From a virus (lineage: Duplodnaviria > Caudoviricetes): DNA of 64,000 bases. The notes under the pieces are model-generated. The model saw only the letters and a list, made by a program, of their open reading frames with translations, made no database searches and was not told the DNA's origin. Location: the IMG/VR virus record IMGVR_UViG_3300038345_000144. One strand, given 5' to 3'. Every line of letters begins with the position of its first letter. The first letter of the stretch is position 1. Below are positions 11,904-22,770 of this stretch, piece by piece. Position numbers and translations under genes: made by a program.

Positions 11904-12578
11904 TTACTCGGCTGATGTCTCTGCTGTTGTTTCTTCAGTTGTTTCGCCTTCAGAAGTCTCTGAAGTTTCGCTTGTTTCAGCAGTTGTTTCCGTTGTTTCA
12001 ACTGTTGTTTCACTTGTTGTAGTGCCTGAAGTTACGGCTTCCTTGAAAGAAACCTGTGAGGCATCGCCCGCAATACAGATAGCAAGAAGTCCTGTTTGTC
12101 CGTCATTACTTACAACGGAGAAAGTAAATGCCAAAGTCTGACCTTCCTGTACGACATTCTCGGCTACGGCAATAACAAGAGTACCGTTGTCAAATGAGTA
12201 AGCATACTGGTCGGCGTTCAGCATCTTGAGTTCCTGTGCTACACCATTTTCATCAAAGGTAATGCACTGGACATCTGAATTCTGTGCGATTTCTGCTGTA
12301 AGTGTTGGGGAAACGATAGTCAGTCTAACCTGCTGACCGTTAGGAATAACGGGGAGGTTCTCTCCGTCCTTTGTAGGAGCAATCGTAGCACCTGTAAACT
12401 CGATTGAAGTAATATCAAGTCCTACTGCTCTGTACCACTCGTCTGTGGTTACATTATTTGTGGTGGTAACTACTGCTGAAGATGGAGTAGTTTCTGAAGG
12501 GAGTGTCTTTGAGCAAGCAACTCCTGACAGACACATAGTTCCAATTAAGGCAGTAGCCAAAATCTTCCTTACATTCAT
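11904..12578 (-). CDS. Putative lipoprotein with Thr/Glu/Ser-rich tail
   Basis: Lipobox SGVAC; C-terminal TTETTAETSETSE low-complexity region. Confidence 0.75.
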   Translation of the reverse strand: MNVRKILATALIGTMCLSGVACSKTLPSETTPSSAVVTTTNNVTTDEWYRAVGLDITSIEFTGATIAPTKDGENLPVIPNGQQVRLTIVSPTLTAEIAQNSDVQCITFDENGVAQELKMLNADQYAYSFDNGTLVIAVAENVVQEGQTLAFTFSVVSNDGQTGLLAICIAGDASQVSFKEAVTSGTTTSETTVETTETTAETSETSETSEGETTEETTAETSAE

Positions 12579-12696
12579 AAGTTAATTTACTCCTATTATT
12601 TTAAGTCTTCCGACTGATAATGATTTATTATACTACGAAAACTTATCGTTTGTATAGTGTTTTTGCCCTATTTTTACGGGTTTTTCCTGTAAAAAT

Positions 12697-13200
12697 TTAG
12701 CCACCATTTAATTGATTGAATATAATGTTTATCAAAACACCGTCATAATCAGTCAAGAACCCTTTATTTTGCTCTCGTAACGGCTCCTGACAAATCTGGG
12801 ACATTGTTTGCTGTGGTACTGCCACCTTATCCAATGTGATTGTCCTGCCTTCAAGGGTTATTACAGGGAACTCGGTACTGACCAACTCGGCTAACTCCGA
12901 ACAAATGTCTTTAATCTGGTTAGCGGAGTTTATGTTGGTCGCTCTCTTGCTCTCATAATAGATATTAGTAACAAATAGGCGGTCATCTACGGCAAAATAC
13001 CAAATATCATCTTGTTCACCAGTTTCCTTACCTGTCAAAGTCTTCTTTAACTGCTTGAAATCAGGTTGGGACATTGATGTACGGAGATAAGTAACCGACT
13101 TATCAGCCTTAATGGAGTCATAAGTGGTATTATTAGCCAACTTGCCAAATTTCTCATTAAGTTTAACTATCTGTTCTAATCGACTTTTCAGATTTCCCAT
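12697..13200 (-). CDS. Hypothetical protein
   Basis: 167 aa ORF. Confidence 0.6.
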   Translation of the reverse strand: MGNLKSRLEQIVKLNEKFGKLANNTTYDSIKADKSVTYLRTSMSQPDFKQLKKTLTGKETGEQDDIWYFAVDDRLFVTNIYYESKRATNINSANQIKDICSELAELVSTEFPVITLEGRTITLDKVAVPQQTMSQICQEPLREQNKGFLTDYDGVLINIIFNQLNGG

Positions 13201-13216
13201 AGGTCGTTATCACCCC

Positions 13217-13471
13217 TTATCTACAAACTACTTGGGTCCAATCAGTCGGGTCTTCCCAGTAATTATCCAAGTTCATATTCTTGATTTGACCGATAATTTC
13301 CATCTTCTGCTCTTTGGGTATTTCTAACTCATAGAACTGGTCGTCATCAAAGGTGTGAATATAGAACGAAAAGTATGGTCGCTGTTTAGTTGGATAAACT
13401 ACCACAAAATCACCGTCTGATTGATGGTCAAATATAAACGAATTGTCATTAAATCTTTCTAACTTTACCAT
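13217..13471 (-). CDS. Hypothetical protein
   Basis: 84 aa ORF with GGAGG RBS. Confidence 0.6.
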   Translation of the reverse strand: MVKLERFNDNSFIFDHQSDGDFVVVYPTKQRPYFSFYIHTFDDDQFYELEIPKEQKMEIIGQIKNMNLDNYWEDPTDWTQVVCR

Positions 13472-13486
13472 AAATTCCCTCCAAAA

Positions 13487-14188
13487 TTAACCAATCGGGT
13501 CTGGGTCTTCAGGAGAAGGAGAGTTCGTCTGGGTAGGTGGAGCAAGGGCTATATCAAAAGCCAGCCACGATACCTGTGAAGCGTCCCCAATAACACAAGT
13601 TCCCATATATCCGCTACGATACTGCGTGTTATACACATAAATATCAATGATTGAGTTGTTTTCTGTTGAGATTACTCCGTCAACGATACGCAATTCAACG
13701 CAAGGAGTATCATCTCCAAGAGAGATGTTCTCATAAATATACTCATCTTCATCAAGGAATTTTGAGTTAACTACCTGACCGTCCTTATCGAACTCCGCAT
13801 ATCTGATAAATACACTGGTATTTTCACCGTAAGGGTCTACCAATGCCTCATCTGCATTAAAGGCAACCTGTAATACTACGGGAGTGCCAAGCGGAACCGT
13901 AGGTAAATTCCTGCCGTCCTTTGTCTTTGCTCTCTCGGAGTTTCTGAACTCAATGGACTTTATATTCAGGTCGATTACCTGATAAGCGTCACCAATAAGG
14001 TCATCAATACCCGTTGTAGTCGGAGTTGGCTCGGAGGTTTCTGTTGTACTCTCGGTAGTAGCCGTTGTTTCTACTGTTGTAGGTACTGGGTCAAATGTAG
14101 GCTCTGTTTCTGGTGTTTTAGAAGCACAAGCCACACAAGACAGCATACTTGCTATAATAATTCCTGATAAAATCTTCTTCATATACAT
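13487..14188 (-). CDS. Putative lipoprotein (paralog of 11904-12578)
   Basis: Lipobox SCVAC; shared SIEF, TKDG.NLP and GDASQVS blocks. Confidence 0.75.
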   Translation of the reverse strand: MYMKKILSGIIIASMLSCVACASKTPETEPTFDPVPTTVETTATTESTTETSEPTPTTTGIDDLIGDAYQVIDLNIKSIEFRNSERAKTKDGRNLPTVPLGTPVVLQVAFNADEALVDPYGENTSVFIRYAEFDKDGQVVNSKFLDEDEYIYENISLGDDTPCVELRIVDGVISTENNSIIDIYVYNTQYRSGYMGTCVIGDASQVSWLAFDIALAPPTQTNSPSPEDPDPIG

Positions 14189-14200
14189 AAATTCCTTTCG

Positions 14201-14959
14201 TTATTTCCTATTTATCCAGTTGGTAAAGACTTCAGAGTTCCTAAATACCTGGAATTTCTGTGCGTCATTACCTGATTTTACAATACCTTCGCCTTTATGT
14301 GTAGGGTCAATTTCAGGATTACTCTTACTCTCGGCAAAGAATAATTGTTTAGCGTTGGTGTGGTCCGTACCTAAAATTACTGGGAAAGACTCGTTAACAT
14401 ACGGAAGAGCATAATCATACTTCTGCTCCGATACGCCCCTACACTCAATAATTAAGTGAATATTCGGATATTTCTGGGCAAGGTCAAAGAGCCTTTGCTC
14501 AAGTTTATGGTTGGGGTAGTCGTCCCAAAAACAGGTAATATCAGGCACAAAGACAAATATATCGAAGTGATAAGCGTCGCCAAATGAATTGGTCTTGGGT
14601 TGAGCCATTTTTTCAATGTCCTCAAAGAACTCATCTTGGTCTTCTGTACGGGTAAACAAAGTGTCCCTCATCAGTTTTCTGTACTCAAAGAGGTCAACTC
14701 TCGTTATGTCAATACCATACAGCACAGAGTTGGTGTGATAATATTTAGTCAACTCATCAACCACATTTCGTATCATATAGGAAGTTCCTGCCCCAGCACC
14801 TCCGATAATAAAGAGGTTCTTTAACTTCTCATAGTCCCAGAAGATTACCTCATCATCGGCATATCCTACTGGAATAAGATGTGGATGGTTTTTAAGATTA
14901 AAGCCTACTGCAAAATCAGTAAAGGTTCTTTCTGCCTTTCGCTTACTAAATCCGAACAT
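14201..14959 (-). CDS. FtsK/SpoIIIE-like P-loop domain protein with degenerate Walker A
   Basis: IPVG...IFWD...NLFIIGGAGAGTS (Lys replaced by Thr), LYGID, and C-terminal KGEGIV...KFQV. Confidence 0.55.
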   Translation of the reverse strand: MFGFSKRKAERTFTDFAVGFNLKNHPHLIPVGYADDEVIFWDYEKLKNLFIIGGAGAGTSYMIRNVVDELTKYYHTNSVLYGIDITRVDLFEYRKLMRDTLFTRTEDQDEFFEDIEKMAQPKTNSFGDAYHFDIFVFVPDITCFWDDYPNHKLEQRLFDLAQKYPNIHLIIECRGVSEQKYDYALPYVNESFPVILGTDHTNAKQLFFAESKSNPEIDPTHKGEGIVKSGNDAQKFQVFRNSEVFTNWINRK

Positions 14960-14975
14960 ATTATCAATTCCTTTC

Positions 14976-15746
14976 TTAAATGGTTGCCAAATGTCTTTCT
15001 ATATACTCTACTGTCTCTGGGACTTCTGAATAGGTTTCCCAGTAGTCAAGTATCATATTTTGATATACACTCGCCCAGTATTCATTAACATCTGATATTT
15101 CGTGTCCGTCACCTATGGACACACAATCAGTAAAGTTATACTTCTCTTTATTGAAAATATTGACGAACTCATCGGTCTCTGATGCCCAATCAAATTCATA
15201 ATCAAGGGCGTGACCCAGTTCGTGAATAGCAGAACGGTGGATAGACCACTCATCTGCCCTAATATAGATTGTACGCTCACGGTAGATAGTCAGACCACAA
15301 ATGCTTACTGAATATCCATAACGGGAGCCAAAGTCCTCATCCGTCAGGTCAAATGTCCAGCCGTCATCATAGAGAAACTGAAGATGGTTATAGGGAACTT
15401 TTGCCAATTCTTCATCAAAAATGTTCCCTAAATCAACTGGTTCTTCATAATCTTCTTCTTCAGGTTCTTCCTCAATTTCAACAAAATTAAAAATCGGGGT
15501 AACATACTCAATCTCGTTCATCAAGTTACCACGCTTGAGCATTTCCTGACGCTCAATCACCTTTTCTGTCGGTGTTGGGGACGGGGACGGAATGATTATC
15601 TCAAAATCATTTAACTGTTTGCTTACTCTTAATGTTTCCTCGGAGCAGTCAATAGATGCCTTCTCATCATATCCAAAATTATTGTTGGCAAAAATAATCA
15701 CAACGATAAACGCCGTGATGAAAGAGGCTAATACCTTCTTTATCAT
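14976..15746 (-). CDS. Exported or membrane-anchored zinc metallopeptidase (ATLF/PPEP-like zincin)
   Basis: N-terminal hydrophobic segment; GLT...AIHELGHALD; downstream EYWAS. Confidence 0.65.
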   Translation of the reverse strand: MIKKVLASFITAFIVVIIFANNNFGYDEKASIDCSEETLRVSKQLNDFEIIIPSPSPTPTEKVIERQEMLKRGNLMNEIEYVTPIFNFVEIEEEPEEEDYEEPVDLGNIFDEELAKVPYNHLQFLYDDGWTFDLTDEDFGSRYGYSVSICGLTIYRERTIYIRADEWSIHRSAIHELGHALDYEFDWASETDEFVNIFNKEKYNFTDCVSIGDGHEISDVNEYWASVYQNMILDYWETYSEVPETVEYIERHLATI

Positions 15747-15772
15747 CTATTTTAATTTCCTCTCAAATCTGA

Positions 15773-16324
15773 TTAAAATATAATATCGTCAAGGAACCCG
15801 CCATAAAGCGTACATCCCTTTTCTCTCAACATCTCGGCAAACTTATCATAGTCGTTATACTCATCGCCTTCATCGCTCCTGCACTGGTCAGCAATTTTGG
15901 CAATTTCGTCATAGGACAATTCAGTAATGATTACCCCTGTGATATTCTCATTTTCGTGTGGGTCACGGATTAAAATACAATTCTGCATAATGATTTCTCC
16001 TTTTTTATTGCAATCAAAAAGTCACACTACACCAATACAGTGCAGTGTGACCTTGATAGGTTAAGATTAACGATTGAGTTCCTTTTCGTATGCCTCGTAG
16101 TAAGCAACGAAAGCACCCATAGCGTCAAGTGTGGCATTTGAGTCCTTTGCGTTCTTGGAGTCTCTACTTGCTTCGGTCATACCAGTAATTAGGCTCTCAA
16201 TATCGTTCTTTCCAATCCTCTCGACAATCTTTGTAGCAGAAAGATAACCCTCTGTCTTGTAGATGTTTATATCCTTCTCCTTACAGCCCTCTTTAATCTT
16301 TGCGTAAATGTCTTTTATTTGCAT
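15773..16324 (-). CDS. Two small hypothetical proteins (15773-15988, 16067-16324)
   Basis: ORFs with AGGAG RBSs, separated by a terminator-like hairpin. Confidence 0.6.
16016..16051 (-). terminator. Intrinsic terminator
   Basis: GTCACACT...AGTGTGAC stem with an A-tract on + (U-tract on -). Confidence 0.7.
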
Positions 16325-16351
16325 ACTTTCTCCTCCTTTTAATTTTCACCC

Positions 16352-17866
16352 TTAATTATTTGTTTGAATGTAAGCAATAATAGCGTTCTTATCGTTCTCT
16401 AATCGCTCATAGATAACTTCATTTAAGACCTTGTTTAAGATTTCACCAACTTCTTTTCCTTTATAGCCTAAAGCCATAACATCATTTCCGTTCACGGCTA
16501 AATCTTTTATATTATAACAATCATTCTTGACTTTGTTAATAGGTATCGTGAGGTCTTTTCCTTTAATTTTACCAAGTCGATACAATTGTTCTTCACCAAT
16601 CTGGTTAAGCCATAATTTTATGTTAATGCTGTTATCTTCTTCAATACCATAGTCTCTCCACTTAACCAACTGAATAACACTATCTCTTGTTTCACCGTCA
16701 AACTTCAGGTCGTTCATTACGGTTTCAGCATCTTCTATTGTCCTGAACATTGTAGCAAATTTAGTAATAATATCCTCTGACTCTACTCTTGCATTGATAA
16801 TAAATCCATCAACTCCCATTACATAAGCAAGGATTGGAGCGTAGTCTGATAATACTCTAAAGAAGCGTGGTGATTTAGCCATCTTAATCAACTCGGCGTT
16901 AATTCGTTCTTTTGATACTTTCTTTAAGTTCGGATATAACTTAAAAATCGCCCACTTTGTCTCATCATCAATTTCAAAATCAAACACGGCGGCGAACCTG
17001 ATGGCTCTCATAATTCGGAGAGCGTCCTCGTTGAACCTATCCACAGGTGAACCTACGGCTCTTACTTTTCTGCTGTAAATATCAGAGCAACCGTCAAAAG
17101 GGTCTACAACATCACCGTTATTGTCCAAAGCAATAGCGTTCATTGTGAAGTCTCTTCTCTTTAGGTCTTCTACTACATCACCAGTAAAGGCAACGCTGTC
17201 TGGGTGTCTGCCATCTGAATAATCCCCATCAATTCGATAGGTAGTAATCTCATAGCCTTCACCGTTTCTCATTACCGTAACTGTACCGTGCTTTAAGCCT
17301 GTTTCGATGATTTTATGGTCTTCAAAAACCTTTTCCACCTGGTCAGGCTTTGCTGATGTGGTAATGTCCCAATCGTGAGGGTCTCTTTTCATTGAAGCGT
17401 CACGAACACAGCCTCCGACTACATAAGCCGAATATCCAGCGTCGTTAAGTCTTTTAAGAATAAAAGAAACATCTTCAGGCTTCTTTGTACCCTTTAATTT
17501 AGCCTTTTCTGTGTCCTCAATGATATACTGAAGGTCAACCGAGCCGTGAAAACCAACCCAAGTGTTAAAATCACCGAGAGTCAATTCAGCGTTCTTAAAA
17601 CCTCTGGAAACATCAACTTCCCAAGTCTGACTTAAAACAAAATCTACAAAGTCATCTTCGAAAGTATCTACCTTTGATACCTTGTAATTATCATCAAGTC
17701 TACCCAATATAGTAAACAGCGTTCCGTTTTTTTGCGGTCCAATGTGTAATTCCTGTATGGGTAGTTGTTGTTTTTCTACAAAGAGTTTTACCGCTTGTTG
17801 TAGAAACTCCTCGTATATAGTTGTTTCTTCATTTATCTTATCCATACTTTTCTTCCTTTTTATCAT
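16352..17866 (-). CDS. cca: CCA-adding tRNA nucleotidyltransferase (class II) with about 125 aa N-terminal extension
   Basis: AYVVGGCVRD, DWDITT, GLKHGT, EDLKRRDFTMNA, RFNEDALRIMRAIRF, SKERI motifs. Confidence 0.92.
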   Translation of the reverse strand: MIKRKKSMDKINEETTIYEEFLQQAVKLFVEKQQLPIQELHIGPQKNGTLFTILGRLDDNYKVSKVDTFEDDFVDFVLSQTWEVDVSRGFKNAELTLGDFNTWVGFHGSVDLQYIIEDTEKAKLKGTKKPEDVSFILKRLNDAGYSAYVVGGCVRDASMKRDPHDWDITTSAKPDQVEKVFEDHKIIETGLKHGTVTVMRNGEGYEITTYRIDGDYSDGRHPDSVAFTGDVVEDLKRRDFTMNAIALDNNGDVVDPFDGCSDIYSRKVRAVGSPVDRFNEDALRIMRAIRFAAVFDFEIDDETKWAIFKLYPNLKKVSKERINAELIKMAKSPRFFRVLSDYAPILAYVMGVDGFIINARVESEDIITKFATMFRTIEDAETVMNDLKFDGETRDSVIQLVKWRDYGIEEDNSINIKLWLNQIGEEQLYRLGKIKGKDLTIPINKVKNDCYNIKDLAVNGNDVMALGYKGKEVGEILNKVLNEVIYERLENDKNAIIAYIQTNN

Positions 17867-20151
17867 TCATCTTGTTCATCATCAGTATAGCCGTTGTCCC
17901 AAGCCAAGCGTAATTTAGCCTGATTATTTTCGGCATCACGGTACTTCTTTACCGTAGAGTTAAACAAGGCTGTAAAATAACCTAATACACGACCATCAAT
18001 AACACGACCTTCTACCATAAAGGTATAAAAAATCACTTCAAGTTGGTCATCATTTGCTAATACATCAACAATAATAGAAGATACATCTTTTCCGTCATTA
18101 TAGACCTGAATAAGTCCACAACTCTTTATATCCGCTACTATATCATCTATATCAGCCTTAATCTTACAGCCAGAAGCAAATTTAGCCGTTTTCTTAATGG
18201 CATTTTTACTGCTCATCAACTTGGCTTTTTGGGCTACGGTCAACTTTGTTCTTTTAATATAATTTTTTACTGTTGATACAGGTATTTGTTCAAGTATCTC
18301 ATCAGACAAGTCAGCCTCTAAAACCTTATCTATATAGTGTTTGTCTATCTTTTGAGCAATTTTAATGATTTTCTTTGCGTTATACTCATTGATGTCCCTT
18401 ACACTATAAATTAAAGACGCATACTTAATGACCTTGTTTCTTATTTCTTTGGAATTAGTTGTAATGTCTTGATAAGTAGTCTCCGTGGCTAATTTATGTA
18501 TCATCATACGCATAACATCATCATCTGATTGCTTTGATACTAATAGTTTTTTCAAGAAGTTAAAATAAGTATCAGATACATCAATTTCCTCAATGCCGTC
18601 AATTCCTCGTACCAACAATGACCTGTTTTCCACACAAAAATCATAAATCTGGTCAAAAAATTGATTAACTACCTTTGGCTCTAACCAACTTTGATACCTA
18701 CATAACAGGTTTAATAAAGAACTATTATATATGTCTTCAAAATGTTTATCATCTAAATAAGAATTAAAACAAGTTGCTAAAATTTCAGAAAACGAGGTAT
18801 CGACTAATCTGCGTCTAAAATAATACCACTCATAATCACTCTTGTCATAAGTTTTATTATATTTTGAGGCTATCATAGTCTTAATAACATCAATACCAGT
18901 CAATACCTTTGTATAGTCGTTATCCTGAATGTCCAATACCGCCGATACCTGGGCAATCTTGTTCTTTAATATTGGGGTGTTTTCAGCAATTCGCTTTTGT
19001 CTTTCTTGCTCTTCTTGTTGTATTTTCTTTTGTCTTTCTTCTTCGGCTTTTTTGGCTTCTTCGGCTCGTTGTTTTGCTCTGCCTGAAACCAAATCCTCTA
19101 TTTCAGACTGGCTTAAAGTTCTATATGAGTTATCAACTTTTTGAAATCCAAATTGCCTGATGGTTCTATGGTCGCCATAGTAAGAATATAATGGAGCACT
19201 GCTATCCTTTTTATAAGAAGCATAGAGGCTTAATATATAGCACCCATTACCATAAAAATCGGCAAACAAATTCCAATGATAATATGGATGGTTGGCTTGT
19301 GGAATATATTTAACAATATCGGCTCCCCACATATTTAATGATTTTTTATCTTTATTATAAGATAACCAAGCATTTCGTAATTCATTATTAGATATATCTA
19401 ATAACTCAAATGCTTCTTTAGGGTCAGTTCTTTGAGAATTAAACCAAAACGCATTATCTCGTTTTTCAATAGTAGTTACTCTGATATGCCCATCTTTTTC
19501 TAACATCTCAAATGGAGTACCATCAATAATATGATATGCTAACTGGCGTAAAGTACCCTTATTAACCGCACTTAACACCTTTGGTACATAGATTTTGTTT
19601 TCCTTTTGTTTAAGATGCTCCCCTAAAATAACATCAGCAAAAATGCTAATATATTCCGCACTATCAGTAGTTTCAACTTTATACTCAAAGGGTTTTTCCC
19701 ATTGACTTTCGGTTTGAGACTTCCATAATGACGATATTTTTTGCTCTTGTCCAAAAAGCGTATCATCCGTAGACTCATCTATGAATTCGGAACCGTCACA
19801 ACGAGATTTAATAAAACTTTGATATATATGCCCAATATACTTTTCTGCTGATGTTTCGAGTGCTATTCCAAGATGTCCATATATATAGCCCTTATAAATA
19901 TAAACTGATATACATAAGTCTATATTGTAATTTGAGGAGGGTACAGTGTCCAGTTGTATGCCAAACCTATCAATTGGCTCATATCCCATACAATATCCTG
20001 ATAAAGCAGATGGAGTTCTTGTAAAAACCTGTTCTAATGCTTTATCATATATATAATTAAGTTTAGATTTAACTTCGGCTATTATTGGAGCATAATCGGT
20101 ATTTGTATCATTCAATTCCCATACATTTTTCATACTAAACCTCTCTCTCAA
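17863..20151 (-). CDS. Large hypothetical protein with central coiled coil (likely start at MKNVW, about 20133)
   Basis: 762 aa ORF; RAKQRAEEAKKAEEERQKKIQQEEQERQKR; visibly AT-rich. Confidence 0.75.
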   Translation of the reverse strand: MRERFSMKNVWELNDTNTDYAPIIAEVKSKLNYIYDKALEQVFTRTPSALSGYCMGYEPIDRFGIQLDTVPSSNYNIDLCISVYIYKGYIYGHLGIALETSAEKYIGHIYQSFIKSRCDGSEFIDESTDDTLFGQEQKISSLWKSQTESQWEKPFEYKVETTDSAEYISIFADVILGEHLKQKENKIYVPKVLSAVNKGTLRQLAYHIIDGTPFEMLEKDGHIRVTTIEKRDNAFWFNSQRTDPKEAFELLDISNNELRNAWLSYNKDKKSLNMWGADIVKYIPQANHPYYHWNLFADFYGNGCYILSLYASYKKDSSAPLYSYYGDHRTIRQFGFQKVDNSYRTLSQSEIEDLVSGRAKQRAEEAKKAEEERQKKIQQEEQERQKRIAENTPILKNKIAQVSAVLDIQDNDYTKVLTGIDVIKTMIASKYNKTYDKSDYEWYYFRRRLVDTSFSEILATCFNSYLDDKHFEDIYNSSLLNLLCRYQSWLEPKVVNQFFDQIYDFCVENRSLLVRGIDGIEEIDVSDTYFNFLKKLLVSKQSDDDVMRMMIHKLATETTYQDITTNSKEIRNKVIKYASLIYSVRDINEYNAKKIIKIAQKIDKHYIDKVLEADLSDEILEQIPVSTVKNYIKRTKLTVAQKAKLMSSKNAIKKTAKFASGCKIKADIDDIVADIKSCGLIQVYNDGKDVSSIIVDVLANDDQLEVIFYTFMVEGRVIDGRVLGYFTALFNSTVKKYRDAENNQAKLRLAWDNGYTDDEQDE

Positions 20152-20242
20152 TAAAAAGCACCCTTTATAGTATTAAAGAGTGCTTACTTACATTTATATT
20201 ATATATAAATAGTCGTTCAGTTAACCAATCACGGCATATAGA

Positions 20243-22480
20243 CTACTGTAATGCCTTCTTTTTCCGCTTATTCTCAATCTTGCATAATACCGAGTCTGCC
20301 CACCACCAAAAGAGTCTAACTATGCACACAATTAAAAGCAACCCCAAAATCGCCCCAAGAAATTGTATAAACAACACGAATATCACATAAAAGACAGGCA
20401 TATTCCACGCTACACTTAAATCTGTTACCCAGTCGCCTAACAAAACACAAATAACATAGAGACTGCCAATGAAACTGGCTAATGCTCCAACGACCCCTAA
20501 CATAAGAGCCAGCATTATGCCAAACTGTTTCAATGGTCTTTTGAGTTCCAATTTTTTATTCATTATCACGATACCTCCTCTATGGTTTGAAACTGATAAT
20601 GACACCACAGGTTTTTTAATTCATCATAAGTAAAGGTGATAGTCATATCAGACGGCTCTTTGTTAGCCTCAAGTACCTTCTCAAAGAGTTTTTGCTTAAT
20701 AGTAATATTGGTTGGTTTTTCAGGCTTACTATCTTTCGTGTCTGATGTAGGCGGGTAAGAATGAACCGTAAGCCAATATTCAATAGGACTATCCAGTGTT
20801 ATCTCATACTTCTCCCACGGCTCCTCTTTACCATCATTTATGCCTCCACAAAAGTAATACTTATCATCTTCTTTGATAATATAAGCACACCAACCACCAT
20901 AGACAATATAAAAAGTAGTACCAAGACCCATATAGTTGATTACCTCTCTTGCGGTCTTGCAATATATACCGTGTCTTGTCTCTACTTCCGACATTAAAAA
21001 CTTATCTGACATCATAAATATTAACCCTTTGTAGCCAAGTAAATTGTTTTATTCTCATCATCAATAGTACAATGATACTGACTAAACATTATCTTATCAT
21101 ACTCAACTGGCTCACTATTTAAGTAAATGTCATAGGTTTTACGCTCTTCCAAGCGTTCTTTGTTGGTTTCTTGCATTTGACTCATTTGCGTCTCATAAGT
21201 TTGTTTAGATGTTTCCCAATCAACCATATTTGTAGTAGCAACAAAACAATTTACCACAAACAAAATAGCCCAAAGCCAGCAACTACCACCTCTTTCAAAT
21301 AAAGAAGCCCCTGTCAAGACCAGACATAAAAACATCAATACTCCTGCAAAGATGCCTATAAGTAAAGCAAGTCTATCAGGCTTGGTTACAGTTTCACTCA
21401 AATAGTTCAATAAAAATTCTTCGTTAGACATTTTGTACTCCTTTTATAACATCATATATTTTTGAAATCATTAGCAGGCTACAAAGAAGCACTACTGATG
21501 CCTGTATTATACCAATCAAAATTTCACCGTTGGCAAACCAAAGTGTCGCTGAAATGGTAAAACAGATAATAGTTATCAATTTCAAAATAGCATCGGCAAT
21601 AGTAAACTGCCTCCAATTCACATAGCCCTTCTTTTTATCTTTCTTCATTAGTAATTAACTGCCTCCTGTCGTGTTATAGCGTTCATACACGCCAACCTTT
21701 CTCCATTTCTTTGTTAATTTCTACCCTTAAATCCTCTATAAACTGATTAAGGTTATTATAATAAGTGCAGGTTTTAGACATATTCAAAGTATGCTTTAGT
21801 CCGTCGTCCATCCCCAGTACAATCCTATTAGGTTCATTATCAGGCATCATTACCTTAACTAATTTTTCAGGATTGATATATAAATTAAATTCAGGTATTT
21901 TAACTAACATTTATATAACCCAACCTTTGCTCATTTCTTCACTAATGCTTTTGCGTAAATCCTCTACGAACAAATCCAGATTGTCATAATACTTACTTTC
22001 CTTTGATAAGTTTACATTACTCACCGTATCGTTATCAAAGTGAATTTCAATCTTATTGGGCGTGTCATCGTCTTTTCTTATTTTTACAATTTTTTCAGGA
22101 TTTACATATAAATCACAAGAGGCAACTTTAACTAACATTTATACTGCCTCCATTTCTTCTGTTAACTTCAACATCTTATCCTTATAATAGTCCACAATGA
22201 TTTTCCAAAGGTCCTCATCCATTGGTATATCAATACTATGTGCCAAATGGTAATTAGGCATTATATCCCAAGATTTGCTTTCCCTTCTATATCGAAGAGA
22301 ATGGAAAAAGCGAAGAAAAATAGAGTTAGTGCTATGCCCCTGTCTTTCAATTTCCTTTTTAACACGCTCGTCCTCGCTATGCTTTCTATCAGCACCATAT
22401 TGAAGGTCTTTAATAAGTTCTGCGTACTTATCACGCTCACTCTTTAATGCGGTGTACTTCTCATACTGTTCCGAAGTCAT
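20243..22480 (-). CDS. Seven small hypothetical or membrane proteins, including tandem paralogs 21683-21910 and 21911-22138
   Basis: Consecutive ORFs; the paralog pair shares MLVK, YxNPEK, YYxNL..F.EDLR and EM.KGW. Confidence 0.7.
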
Positions 22481-22512
22481 AAAATCTCCTTTTATCTTTT
22501 TGTAATGATTAA

Positions 22513-22542
22513 ATTATATTAAAAGTGATGAATACTTGTAAA
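22513..22542 (-). promoter_or_regulatory. Sigma-A type promoter
   Basis: TTTACA-N18-TATAAT on - strand. Confidence 0.7.
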
Positions 22543-22553
22543 TGGTCTCAATT

Positions 22554-22604
22554 AAAAAACCACTTTACCATTTTTGCTAAAATACAGCAATTTTGGTAAA
22601 GTGG
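22554..22604 (-). terminator. Intrinsic terminator closing CRISPR-like array A
   Basis: CCACTTTACCA...TGGTAAAGTGG 11-bp inverted repeat with inner stem, followed by a U-tract on -. Confidence 0.8.
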
Positions 22605-22611
22605 CGGTCTC

Positions 22612-22770
22612 AAACGCCCTCCGAACTCGGAGAAATGAAAACTAAATAGTTTCCGTTGGCGAGAAGATAGAGAAACCCCCATAAAGAGAAACCCCCATAA
22701 ATGAGGAAAACAGGTTCAGCAACCCTTACAGATTGAGTCTGTATGAAATACCCCCTGTTATGTAGGGAAC
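22612..22770 (-). CRISPR. Orphan CRISPR-like mini-array A: 3 degenerate type I-E-like repeats, 2 spacers of about 33 nt
   Basis: Minus-strand repeats GTTCCCTACATAACAGGGGGTATTTC (22745-22770), GTTTTCCTCATTTATGGGGGTTTCTC (22686-22711) and ATTTCTCCGAGTTCGGAGGGCGTTT (22612-22636). Spacers 22712-22744 and 22637-22669, with a 16-nt duplicated half repeat at 22670-22685. Confidence 0.7.

Noticed and set aside
11904-12050. Short nucleotide repeats (GTTGTTTC-like) and the heptad periodicity near 48700-48930
   Set aside because: They are explained by low-complexity Thr/Glu linker coding and coiled-coil coding.
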